In this document: positions 1 through 9,707 of the stretch, one piece after another
Layout of the letters: each line of letters starts with the position of its first letter
Numbering within the stretch: the stretch's first letter is position 1
NCBI GenBank assembly: GCA_964402535.1
Contig: CAYOCH010000001.1
Coordinates: 8,286-72,285 of the forward strand
DNA: 64,000 bases
Origin: an uncultured Candidatus Saccharibacteria bacterium
GTDB lineage: Bacteria; Patescibacteriota; Minisyncoccia; Phycocordibacterales; Phycocordibacteraceae
Reading direction: 5' to 3'
Notes under the pieces: generated by a model
Databases searched by the model: none
What the model was told of the DNA's origin: nothing
What the model saw: the letters and a program-made list of their open reading frames with translations, nothing else
Program-made: the position numbers and the translations under genes

Positions 1-738
1 GAGGAGCATGTGATACAGCGAGACTGCGATAAGCCGCGGGATCACGATGTCGAGCACCTCAGCGGGCGACGGCTCGACGACATATGAGGCTGGCGCAGCG
101 AGCACGGCCTCGTGGCTCCACTTGCCCTTCGCAGGGATGATGCCCTCGACGATGTCGCGCACGGCCCCGACCGAAAGCGGCAGGAGCCGGCGCACGGTCG
201 GCGTCTGCTCGAACGTCGACTTGAAGTTGCTGTAGACGGTGACGACCTTGTCGTAATCTCCGCCAGTGAAGCCGGCGGCGAGCTCGCGCGTGAGCTCGTC
301 CATCGATGAGAGCGGCACGTCGTCGCCCTTGTTCTCATAAGCCTTCGCAATGCGATAGCCGCGGCGGTTGAAGTATTCCTCTCCCTTCTTGCCGAAGGCG
401 TAAACGACCACCTCCTCCCTCTTGCGGCCCTCGAGCGCCTCGACAGCGCGCTTCAACACGCCGCTGTTCAAGGCGCCCGCGAGCCCCTTGTCGCTCGTGA
501 TCACGACGAGCGCGAGCGCGCGGCCCTCGCGGTGCACCGCGAGCGGGTGGTTGCGCACGTGCTCGGTGCCGGCGAGGCGCGTGAGGACAGAGAGCGCCGC
601 GCGCGCATACGGGCGGCCGGCGAGCGCGGATTGCTGCGTCTTGCGCATCTTCACCGCTGAGACGGCCTCCATCGCCGCCGTCACCTTGTGGGTGCGGTGC
701 GTCGCGCCGATCTTCGCCTTGATATCCTTGAGCGCCAT
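1..738 (-). CDS. atpG: F0F1 ATP synthase gamma subunit (N-terminal part; gene continues past window start)
   Basis: Reverse strand from 738 translates MALKDIKAKIGATHRTHKVTAAMEAVSAVKMRK..., typical AtpG N-terminus; last gene of the atpBEFHAG order; no stop before window edge. Confidence 0.85.
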   Translation of the reverse strand, partial: MALKDIKAKIGATHRTHKVTAAMEAVSAVKMRKTQQSALAGRPYARAALSVLTRLAGTEHVRNHPLAVHREGRALALVVITSDKGLAGALNSGVLKRAVEALEGRKREEVVVYAFGKKGEEYFNRRGYRIAKAYENKGDDVPLSSMDELTRELAAGFTGGDYDKVVTVYSNFKSTFEQTPTVRRLLPLSVGAVRDIVEGIIPAKGKWSHEAVLAAPASYVVEPSPAEVLDIVIPRLIAVSLYHMLL

Positions 739-762
739 ACCGAAGTTAGGACATCCGATGTC

Positions 763-2337
<1,575 letters not shown>

Positions 2338-2338
2338 G

Positions 2339-2710
2339 TTAGTTCGTTACGTTCTGGTAAATGGTGAGGAGCGCGCGCTTTGCCGAGCGGTCGAAGAGCT
2401 GCCCCTTAGCACGGGCGCGCCAGCCGCGGACGAGTGAGTGATTCACTGTCGCGTGCCGGGCAACGATGCCTGCCGCTGCTGCATCGCGGAGCGCCTGCGC
2501 CTCCTCGGCGTGGCTCGCGACCTCGACAACCGGCCGGAGCGCATGGCGGCGCGCAGCGACCTTCTTGAGCTCGCGCGCGATCGCAGGGAGCATCTTGAGC
2601 CGTCCAGCGCTCTTCAAATGCATGATGAGCTTGGTGACCGCCGCGTCAGAGACTGCCTTGTCCTCGAGCTCTGCGGTCGCCTCGAGCAAGCGGGTGTAGT
2701 CGTCAACCAT
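2339..2710 (-). CDS. atpH: F0F1 ATP synthase delta (OSCP) subunit
   Basis: Start trimmed to [20 protein letters not shown]; ATGGTTGA overlap with atpF stop; position between atpF and atpA. Confidence 0.75.
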   Translation of the reverse strand: MVDDYTRLLEATAELEDKAVSDAAVTKLIMHLKSAGRLKMLPAIARELKKVAARRHALRPVVEVASHAEEAQALRDAAAAGIVARHATVNHSLVRGWRARAKGQLFDRSAKRALLTIYQNVTN

Positions 2711-3152
2711 GGTGTTCTCGGAGCACCTTCTCTGCGGCGAGCACCGCAAGCCGCGCGACTTCTCGCTCGCTGTCGCGCTTCGCTCTCGCCTGCGACTCCT
2801 CCGCGCGCGCCTGCGCATCTGCGGCGATCGCAACGACTCGCGCCTCCGCCTCTTTGAGGAGGAGCGCCTTCTCTTCAGTCGCGGCCTCGTGCGCGCGAGC
2901 GACGATCGCCGCCGCCTCGCTCTCGCTCGCTTCGACGCGCTTCGCTGCCTCCGCGTCGGCGCCTGCGAGCTTCTCCTCCGCCTTTGCAGCGTCCTCGACG
3001 CCCTTCGCGACGATCGCGCGGCGCTTATCGAGCGTCGCCATGACCGGCCGGTACAAGAAGTACGTGAGCGCCGCGAGCACGATAGCGAAGTTCACCGCCT
3101 GCGCGATGAGCAAGCGCCAATCGATCCCGAATGCGGAGAAGAGTTCTGACAT
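2703..3152 (-). CDS. atpF: F0F1 ATP synthase b subunit
   Basis: N-terminal TM helix followed by long Ala/Glu/Arg-rich coiled coil; operon position. Confidence 0.8.
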   Translation of the reverse strand: MSELFSAFGIDWRLLIAQAVNFAIVLAALTYFLYRPVMATLDKRRAIVAKGVEDAAKAEEKLAGADAEAAKRVEASESEAAAIVARAHEAATEEKALLLKEAEARVVAIAADAQARAEESQARAKRDSEREVARLAVLAAEKVLREHHG

Positions 3153-3163
3153 GCGCCCGCGGG

Positions 3164-3391
3164 TTAGACGAACTTGATGATGAACGCGACAACGAGCGTG
3201 AGGATGCCGAGCGCCTCGGTGAACACGATCGCGAGGATCATGTTGGAGACGATCTTGCCGGATGCCTCCGGATTGCGGCCGATCGCGTCCATCGCGCCGC
3301 TGCCGATCAAGCCGATGCCGATGCCTGGGCCGATGACGCCGAGGCCGGCGGCGATCGCCATGCCGATCAAACGTGCTGAATCAATGTCCAT
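3164..3391 (-). CDS. atpE: F0F1 ATP synthase c subunit (proteolipid)
   Basis: 75 aa, two TM helices, GxGxGxG motif and conserved carboxylate (FTEALGI). Confidence 0.9.
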   Translation of the reverse strand: MDIDSARLIGMAIAAGLGVIGPGIGIGLIGSGAMDAIGRNPEASGKIVSNMILAIVFTEALGILTLVVAFIIKFV

Positions 3392-3400
3392 GTGAATGTC

Positions 3401-3431
3401 GAAAAATAATAAAAGGCCCGGGTCACGGGGC
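3401..3431 (-). terminator. Intrinsic terminator-like hairpin (GGCCCG...CGGGCC) plus U-run between atpB and atpE
   Basis: Minus strand reads GGCCCCGUGACCCGGGCC then UUUUAUUAUUUUU immediately after the atpB stop. Confidence 0.5.
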
Positions 3432-3445
3432 CATGCCGCGCGAGG

Positions 3446-4201
3446 CTAGTGTGCCTCGTGTGGATCCACGATCGCGAGCTTGATGAAGAACAAGGTCAAC
3501 ATCGCGAACACGAGCGCCTGGATCAGCCCGATGAACATCTCGAATCCCATCAGCGGCGCCGGGAGAACGTACGGTAAAAAGTAACCAGCGACAAGCACCA
3601 TCACTTCACCCGCAAAAATATTCCCGAAAAGACGGAATGAGAACGAGACGAGCCGGCCGAGGTTGCTGATGAGCTCGATGAGCCCGACCGCGAACCCGAC
3701 CGGCGACTTCAGGTTAACATACTTACCCGCATATTTGAAAAATCCGAGGAGCGCGATGCCGGTGACCTCGATCGTGAAGAAGGCGATGATCGCGAGCGCG
3801 AGGGTGAAGTTGAGGTCGGTCGTGGGCGCACGCAGCACGGGGAGGAACTCGGAGGCGTGCACGAGCCCGATCGAACCGATGCCCGGGAAGAACTCGATCT
3901 CGTTGATGAAGGCGATGAAGATGAAGATCGTCGCCACAAGCGGAAAGAAGCGCCGCGCGAGCTGCTCGCTCTCCAAGACCTCGGCCATATAGGCGATCGC
4001 GCCCTCGAAGGCCCACTCGACGCCCGCCTGGAGCTTACCGGGCACGACCACGAGCGAGCGGCGGAAGAGGTAGGCCCCGCCGATGAGGAGCGCCATCACG
4101 AGCCACGCCATGATGAGCGAATTGGTGATGGGGAAACCGAAAACGGAGCCCAATTGCTCCGCCGAGAGGACGACACTGATGCCCGAATGCATTATACCCA
4201 T
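3446..4201 (-). CDS. atpB: F0F1 ATP synthase a subunit
   Basis: 251 aa polytopic membrane protein with conserved Arg-containing helix (LVSFSFRLFGNIFAGE). Confidence 0.85.
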   Translation of the reverse strand: MGIMHSGISVVLSAEQLGSVFGFPITNSLIMAWLVMALLIGGAYLFRRSLVVVPGKLQAGVEWAFEGAIAYMAEVLESEQLARRFFPLVATIFIFIAFINEIEFFPGIGSIGLVHASEFLPVLRAPTTDLNFTLALAIIAFFTIEVTGIALLGFFKYAGKYVNLKSPVGFAVGLIELISNLGRLVSFSFRLFGNIFAGEVMVLVAGYFLPYVLPAPLMGFEMFIGLIQALVFAMLTLFFIKLAIVDPHEAH

Positions 4202-4272
4202 GCTACCCGACGAGGGCTGGAATTGGAAGTCGAGGTATGTATACTTAAGGGCATTACGAAATAATTGAATCT

Positions 4273-4530
4273 ATGGCACGTCAAATTAACCCCGCTCTTA
4301 TCAAGCCGCTCGCGCTCGACGCCATGCTCGAGGCCGTCGTCGGCAAGGGTCCGATGCCCCGCTCGGAGGTCGTGAAGAAGCTCTGGGAGTACATCAAGAA
4401 GAACGACCTTCAGAATCCCGCCAACAAGCGCAACATCCTCGCGGATGACAAGCTTAAGCCGGTCTTCGGCGGCAAGAGCGAGGTCACGATGTTCGAGATG
4501 ACGAAGCTCGTCTCGGCGCACATGAAGTAG
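4273..4530 (+). CDS. SWIB/MDM2 domain protein
   Basis: 85 aa; KPLALDAMLEAVVGKGPMPRSEVVKKLWEYIKKNDLQNP is a typical SWIB domain. Confidence 0.7.
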   Translation: MARQINPALIKPLALDAMLEAVVGKGPMPRSEVVKKLWEYIKKNDLQNPANKRNILADDKLKPVFGGKSEVTMFEMTKLVSAHMK

Positions 4531-4550
4531 GGCTACTGCCCCTCTTAAGC

Positions 4551-4578
4551 AAAACCCGCCTCACGGCGGGTTTTGCTT
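4551..4578. terminator. Bidirectional intrinsic terminator (AAAACCCGCC-TCAC-GGCGGGTTTT)
   Basis: Perfect 10-bp stem carrying A4/T4 on both sides, between convergent SWIB gene and mscL. Confidence 0.7.
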
Positions 4579-4976
4579 TATCCGACCGGCTGGCTGCAGA
4601 ACTTGCAACGCGTGGCGCCGCGCGGGATCTCGCTCAGGCACTCCTTGCAGATCATCGTGGCGCTGCCCGAGTCGCCGCGGCGGGCGCGGTTGATAAGCAC
4701 GTTCATCGGCTTCACGACGAAGAAGAAGACGGCCGCCGCGACGAGCATGAACGAGACGACGGCGTTAATCAAGTGGCCGTACATGAAGCGGCTCCCATTC
4801 AGCGTGAAGAAGAGCCCGCCGAAGTCAGGCACCTTCACGAGTGCGGCGATCAAGGGCGTGAGGAGGTCAGCGACGAGCGCCGTCACGAGCGAGCTGAATG
4901 CTGCGCCGACCACGACGCCGACCGCCAGGTCGACGACGTTGCCGCGGAGCAAGAATTGTTTGAAATCTTTGAACAT
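4578..4976 (-). CDS. mscL: Large-conductance mechanosensitive channel
   Basis: 132 aa; MFKDFKQFLLRGNVVDLAVGVVVGAAF is the canonical MscL N-terminus. Confidence 0.9.
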   Translation of the reverse strand: MFKDFKQFLLRGNVVDLAVGVVVGAAFSSLVTALVADLLTPLIAALVKVPDFGGLFFTLNGSRFMYGHLINAVVSFMLVAAAVFFFVVKPMNVLINRARRGDSGSATMICKECLSEIPRGATRCKFCSQPVG

Positions 4977-4978
4977 AC

Positions 4979-5052
4979 TGGTCGGGCCGCCGGGAATTGA
5001 ACCCGGTCTACACGCACCCGAAGCGTGCGTACTACCGGCATACTCCGGCCCG
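4979..5052 (-). tRNA. tRNA-Pro(CGG), CCA encoded
   Basis: Cloverleaf: acceptor CGGGCCG/CGGCCCG, anticodon loop UUCGGGU, T-loop TTCAATT. Confidence 0.75.
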
Positions 5053-5053
5053 G

Positions 5054-5127
5054 TGCGCTCTGCAGGGATCGAACCTGCGACCTTACGCGTGTGAAGCGTA
5101 CGCTCTAACCAACTGAGCTAAGAGCGC
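5054..5127 (-). tRNA. tRNA-Val(CAC)
   Basis: Acceptor GCGCTCT/AGAGCGC, D-arm GCTCAGTTGGTTAGAGC, anticodon loop TTCACAC, T-loop TTCGATC. Confidence 0.8.
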
Positions 5128-5156
5128 GCTCCTGCACGATAACAGATTTATCTTTG

Positions 5157-5227
5157 TCGGGCTACCGGGAATTGAACCCGGTCTACATCCACCCCATGGA
5201 TGCGTACTACCGGTATACTATAGCCCG
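5157..5227 (-). tRNA. tRNA-Pro(GGG)
   Basis: Acceptor CGGGCTA/TAGCCCG, anticodon stem CATCC/GGATG with loop ATGGGGT. Confidence 0.7.
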
Positions 5228-5272
5228 CGACGAGGTTGAGAATAACACATGTCGTGATAAAATCGCTCGCAC

Positions 5273-5345
5273 GGGCCATTAGCTCAGTTGGTAGAGCGCG
5301 TCATTCGCATTGACGAGGTCAGGAGTTCGACTCTCCTATGGTCCA
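5273..5345 (+). tRNA. tRNA-Ala(CGC)
   Basis: GGGCCAT..ATGGTCC acceptor with G3:U70, anticodon loop TTCGCAT. Confidence 0.8.
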
Positions 5346-5378
5346 CAAAGGGTTTGGTATACTTATCCATCATGAAAA

Positions 5379-5677
5379 TGCCTGGAGAAGGGATCCGACA
5401 GTATCTGAATCAGCAGGAGTCAAATGAAGGCGCCGAGGCGCGTTTAAAGACCGAAATATCAGAGTATGTTGCCGGCATTGACGCGAACGCCACAGTCGAA
5501 TTCGAGACGTACAAGTGGTCTCGCGAGGCCGAGGAGGGCGATGGGCTCAAGATGACCTTCAAGTACAACGGCCGCGAAGAGGTGTACCGCGACCAGGAGC
5601 TGAACGATGCGTCGTTTGATGCCGCAAAGGATGTGTTCGACCGGTTCTATCGCGCCGCCAAGAACTCCATCGCGTAG
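5379..5677 (+). CDS. Hypothetical small acidic protein
   Basis: About 100 aa ORF between two tRNA-Ala genes; start trimmed to downstream ATG outside the tRNA; no recognisable domain. Confidence 0.4.
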
Positions 5678-5714
5678 CGATTTCGGAAAAAATACGGTAC
5701 AAATAGCGAGTAAG

Positions 5715-5785
5715 GGGCCTATAGTTCAGCGGTAGAACGCGTCCATGGCATGGACGAGGTCGGGGTCCGACTCCCCGTAGGTCCA
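5715..5785 (+). tRNA. tRNA-Ala(GGC)
   Basis: Acceptor GGGCCTA/TAGGTCC with G3:U70, anticodon loop ATGGCAT. Confidence 0.75.
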
Positions 5786-6718
5786 CTAAATTCCCAGATT
5801 CCCAAGGGCGTTCCTCACCTCAGCGATCGGGAGGGCGAAGCCGATATTCTGCGCGCCCTGCACCATCGCCACGTTCACGCCGACCGCCTCGCCCGAGAGG
5901 TCGACCAAGGGGCCACCCGAGTTCCCTGGGTTGATCGAGGCGTCGGTCTGGATCACGTTCTTCAAGGTCTCGGTGCCGCCGCTATCGTTTGCGGCGGTAA
6001 TCGTGCGGTTTAAGCCCGAGATCACGCCCACAGACACCGAATTATTGTATTCGCCGAGCGCGTTGCCGATCGCAAAGACAGACTGTGCGAGCTGGAGCGA
6101 AGAGGAGCTGCCGAGCGGGATCGTCGGGTAGCCGCTCCCTGCGACCTTCACCACCGCCAAGTCCTCTGTCGGCGAACGCCACACGACCGTGCCGTCCTTC
6201 TGCTTGCCGTTTGAGAGCAGCACCGTGTAGGTCGCGTTCGCGTCCGGCACGACGTGCTTGTTGGTGACGGTATAGCCGCTCGAGCGGACGAAGAATCCTG
6301 TCCCGGCCGAGACCTGCTGCGTCGTCGTGCCCACCTGCTGATAGACCGGCACCTGTACGCCGAAGTCTTGGAAGAACGGGTCGTTGCCGAACGGGTTCTC
6401 ATAGGTCACCTGCAATTTAGGCACGACCTGGCTCTCGACGATCGAGACGACCGCAGGCGACGCGGCTGCGACCGCGTCCTGCAACGTCTGCGTCTGCGAC
6501 TTCTGCGCCACCTGCTGCCGGCGCGTCAGCTCCGAGAGGTTGGCGTTCGTGCTCGCGGCCGTCGAGCTCGCCGAGGTGGCGACCTGTAATATCTCACCCT
6601 GAAGTGCATTGATCGTGCGCGACAGCTTCGCGATCTGGCTGTTCTCGTAGACGAGCCCGCCCACGACGATAATCATCGCCAGGAGCCCCACGAGCCAGAG
6701 CGTGTCTATCTTCTTCAT
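5786..6718 (-). CDS. Trypsin-like serine protease, HtrA/DegP family (no PDZ domain evident)
   Basis: Catalytic His (TNKHVV), Asp (TEDLAVVKV), Ser (GNSGGPL); N-terminal TM anchor; start trimmed to MKKIDTLW. Confidence 0.8.
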   Translation of the reverse strand: MKKIDTLWLVGLLAMIIVVGGLVYENSQIAKLSRTINALQGEILQVATSASSTAASTNANLSELTRRQQVAQKSQTQTLQDAVAAASPAVVSIVESQVVPKLQVTYENPFGNDPFFQDFGVQVPVYQQVGTTTQQVSAGTGFFVRSSGYTVTNKHVVPDANATYTVLLSNGKQKDGTVVWRSPTEDLAVVKVAGSGYPTIPLGSSSSLQLAQSVFAIGNALGEYNNSVSVGVISGLNRTITAANDSGGTETLKNVIQTDASINPGNSGGPLVDLSGEAVGVNVAMVQGAQNIGFALPIAEVRNALGNLGI

Positions 6719-6783
6719 GCCCTTAATGATACTACGCCCGCACATTACGCTTGTATTTCGAGTCCTATGCACCCCCGAAACGG

Positions 6784-7113
6784 CTAGGCATCCAATATCT
6801 TTACTGAGCGCTTAATAGCGACAAATCCATAGGCCCATAGGAGCGGCAACCACAGCGGCATGAGGCCGAACAATGAGCGCCTCGTAAACGTCTCGACTCC
6901 TGTGCTGATGAAGAGCGTCTCCGATACCGTCATAATTCCGAATCCAAATACGAGGACGAGCATGTCATTTACTTCCCTCTTCGTATACATGGCCGCAGCG
7001 ATTATCGCGACATACAAGAGCGTGAGCGCGTAATCATCCGACACAAGAGGAATTAACGCGATCATCGCGAGTACTGGCAGCGCATTGAGCACGATACTAA
7101 GAGATTTTGTCAT
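6784..7113 (-). CDS. Hypothetical small membrane protein
   Basis: 109 aa, 3-4 predicted TM helices; start trimmed to MTKSL so as not to overlap the tRNA. Confidence 0.45.
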   Translation of the reverse strand: MTKSLSIVLNALPVLAMIALIPLVSDDYALTLLYVAIIAAAMYTKREVNDMLVLVFGFGIMTVSETLFISTGVETFTRRSLFGLMPLWLPLLWAYGFVAIKRSVKILDA

Positions 7114-7131
7114 GCATTCTGCTATAACCGG

Positions 7132-7204
7132 TGGACCATAGCGGATTCGAACCGCTGACCCCCTCATTGCAAATGAGGTGCTCTACCAACTGAGCTAATG
7201 GCCC
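7132..7204 (-). tRNA. tRNA-Ala(TGC)
   Basis: GGGCCAT acceptor with G3:U70, anticodon loop TTTGCAA, T-loop TTCGAAT. Confidence 0.8.
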
Positions 7205-7235
7205 GATATTGCTAGTTTATCACGAGATGTCGCAA

Positions 7236-7270
7236 TAAAAAAAACGCGCGGAGGGCAATCTCGCGCGCGG
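7236..7270 (-). terminator. Intrinsic terminator (CGCGCGCGAG hairpin plus U8)
   Basis: Minus strand: GC-rich hairpin followed by UUUUUUUU; lies about 210 nt downstream of the ddl stop and upstream of tRNA-Ala. Confidence 0.6.
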
Positions 7271-7480
7271 CACGTCTGTGGTCGCAGCTGACTCTATGTC
7301 AGTAGGTTCGCGTTCGCCACGCTACTTCACGACTCGGGTCCACTCCTGTTCCTAGATCTCGCGGTTCAGGAATGTCAGTTGGTCACTGCCGACCGAACTC
7401 GTTCGTCACAAGGGCGCACCGGTTGATCAGTCCGGCTCACACCGTGGGTATGTTTCCCGCCACTGCTGACCATGAGCATC

Positions 7481-8452
7481 TTACGCGACTGCTTGTCCAC
7501 GAGCAAGACCAACGAGATGCGATAAGAAATCTGAAAACTTCACACCCACCGCGGCGAGCGCCTTGGGCATCAAGGATTCGGTCGTGAGGCCCGGGAGTGT
7601 GTTGGTCTCGAGATAATAGATGCCCTTCTGCGTTACGATAAAGTCGCTCCGCGAGTAGTGGCGCACGCCGAGCGCGCGATGCATCACCTTGGCGAGCCGC
7701 TGCAGCTCCTCGCTCGCGACGCGCGAGAAGTGCCCGGGGCAGATCTCGCGGCTCCCGCCTGAATATTTCGCATCGTACGAGAAGAAGTCGTCTCTTGGAG
7801 GGATGATCTCGATCGGCGGGAGCGAGTAGAGCGGCTCGCCGCGGAGGTTCTCGACGACGCCGACCGTCGCCTCCCTCCCCTTCACGAGCTCCTCGATCAG
7901 CACGCCGCGTGCGCCCTCGTCGAAGAGTTGCTCGGTCGCAGCAAAGACCGGCGCATAGCCGCCGAGGATCGAGACGCCTACCGAGGAGCCCCAACCGACC
8001 GGCTTCACCACCACCGGCTGATGGAAGGAGCGTATCGCCTCGGCGACGCCCTCTGCCGCATCTTCTGCCCGCTCGATATAGCGGAACTCAGGCGTGAGTA
8101 CGCCCGCCTCGAGCGCACGCGCCTTGGCCATCACCTTGTGCATCGCGAGATACGACGCGAAGGAGTCAGCGCCCGCATACGGCACGCCGTAGCGCTCCAA
8201 GAGCTTCTGCACCTCGCCGTCTTCGCCATACTCGCCATGGAGCCCGACGAGAGCGACGTCGACCTGCCGCAGTACGCGCTCTGGCTCGACGACACGACCC
8301 CGATAGTGCCACTGCCCATCTCGGTCGATAAAGATGTCCCGCGCGTGGTAACGCTCCTCGGGCAGGTTCGCGATGATCGCCGCGCCGGTCTTAAGCGAGA
8401 CCTCGTGCTCCCGGCTGGGACCGCCGCGCAATACGCCGACTATCGTCTGCAT
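7481..8452 (-). CDS. ddl: D-alanine--D-alanine ligase
   Basis: 323 aa ATP-grasp; conserved Ddl blocks (GxxGEDG, KPxxxGSSxG, ExNTxPG). Confidence 0.9.
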   Translation of the reverse strand: MQTIVGVLRGGPSREHEVSLKTGAAIIANLPEERYHARDIFIDRDGQWHYRGRVVEPERVLRQVDVALVGLHGEYGEDGEVQKLLERYGVPYAGADSFASYLAMHKVMAKARALEAGVLTPEFRYIERAEDAAEGVAEAIRSFHQPVVVKPVGWGSSVGVSILGGYAPVFAATEQLFDEGARGVLIEELVKGREATVGVVENLRGEPLYSLPPIEIIPPRDDFFSYDAKYSGGSREICPGHFSRVASEELQRLAKVMHRALGVRHYSRSDFIVTQKGIYYLETNTLPGLTTESLMPKALAAVGVKFSDFLSHLVGLARGQAVA

Positions 8453-8459
8453 CCCCGAA

Positions 8460-9707
8460 TTATATCAGGCTGCGAGAGCGCGCTGCGCGGTGCTTCGCAA
8501 GAGAAAACCGGTGCGCCTCGGCGTTCGCAAGCACCGCATCTGCCTCGCTGATACCCGCCGCGCGGGCACCGATCACTTCGCGCGGTCGGTGCCGCTCGTC
8601 TTTGACGAGCGCAACCACCGGTATCTTCACGCCAGCGTCCGCGAGAGCTGCCTCTGCTGCCTTCTTTTGTGTCTTACCGCCGTCGACGACGATCGCCTGA
8701 GGGAACGGCCACTCCGGATGATTGAAGCGCCGTGACAGGATCTCTTTCAGCGATCCGACATCGTCGTTCTTCTTGATGCCACGGATACGGAACGTGCGGT
8801 ACTCGCTCTTCACCGGAGCGCCATCTGACACGACCGTCATCACGCCGATCGCATTCGTCCCCGCCAAGTGCGCCGTATCATAGGCTTCTATCCTGTATCC
8901 AAATCTGTCCGCGGTCGCGTACATATTTGGATGCAGGTTTTCGTCCTTGATGAGCGAGACGTCCTGGATATGATCGAGCGCGAAGAGCTCTCGGCGCGCC
9001 TCTGCCGCGTCCTCGAACCGCTCATCCTTGGCCGCCTCGCGCATCTCGCGCGTTAGCGCGACGCGCAGCTCCTTGCCGCGACCGCTCAAAAACAGCTTCA
9101 CCTTGAGGATCGTGCGGCGATAATGCTTTGCATCAATCTCTCGCGGGTACTGGCCAATCTGCGTATTAAACTCGATTTTGGCGCGGTGATGCTTGCTCGT
9201 GTGGCCGACCGGCTTCGGGGTATCGAAAAACGGGAAGATGCGGCGGATGAGCCGCAGCCCCTCGCGCAGCTGCGCGCCCGAAGGGAACGGTCCGTAGATC
9301 GACTCAAACCGGCTCCCGGCGGCGATCTTCTTTACAAAATCTATGTCCTTGCCGCGCACGGCGAGCACGCGCGCGATCGGCTCCTTGGTGATGATCGCGT
9401 AGAGAAAGCTTTTATCATCCTTGCCCTCGACGTTGGCCTTGGGCTTGTACTTCTTGATGAGCGCGGCCTCGCGCACCAAGGCCTCGAGCACGGTCGGGCA
9501 CGTCTCGTGCGCGACGCGGTCAGCGCGCGTCACCATGTCGACTATGCGCGGCCCGCGTGTCGCGATCAGGTCGTCGTCGAAATAGCTCCGCACGCGGTCG
9601 CGCAGGCTCGTCGCCTTGCCGACATAGAGCACCGCCCTCCCCTTCTTAAAGAGGTACACGCCCGGCACGTCCGGGAGGTCAGACTGTTTTAGGTCGCTTC
9701 TTTGCAT
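8460..9707 (-). CDS. uvrC: Excinuclease ABC subunit C, short form (GIY-YIG plus UvrBC-interaction plus endonuclease domain; C-terminal (HhH)2 apparently absent)
   Basis: N-terminal GIY-YIG (VPGVYLFKKGRAVLYVGKA), UVR motif, C-terminal EAYDTAHLAGT...IVVDGGK block homologous to the UvrC nuclease domain; only 415 aa. Confidence 0.8.
   Translation of the reverse strand: MQRSDLKQSDLPDVPGVYLFKKGRAVLYVGKATSLRDRVRSYFDDDLIATRGPRIVDMVTRADRVAHETCPTVLEALVREAALIKKYKPKANVEGKDDKSFLYAIITKEPIARVLAVRGKDIDFVKKIAAGSRFESIYGPFPSGAQLREGLRLIRRIFPFFDTPKPVGHTSKHHRAKIEFNTQIGQYPREIDAKHYRRTILKVKLFLSGRGKELRVALTREMREAAKDERFEDAAEARRELFALDHIQDVSLIKDENLHPNMYATADRFGYRIEAYDTAHLAGTNAIGVMTVVSDGAPVKSEYRTFRIRGIKKNDDVGSLKEILSRRFNHPEWPFPQAIVVDGGKTQKKAAEAALADAGVKIPVVALVKDERHRPREVIGARAAGISEADAVLANAEAHRFSLAKHRAARSRSLI

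Noticed and set aside
8905-8945. 8-bp inverted repeat ATCCAAAT...ATTTGGAT with 20-nt spacer in uvrC
   Set aside because: Short arms with a long spacer. Expected by chance several times in 64 kb.
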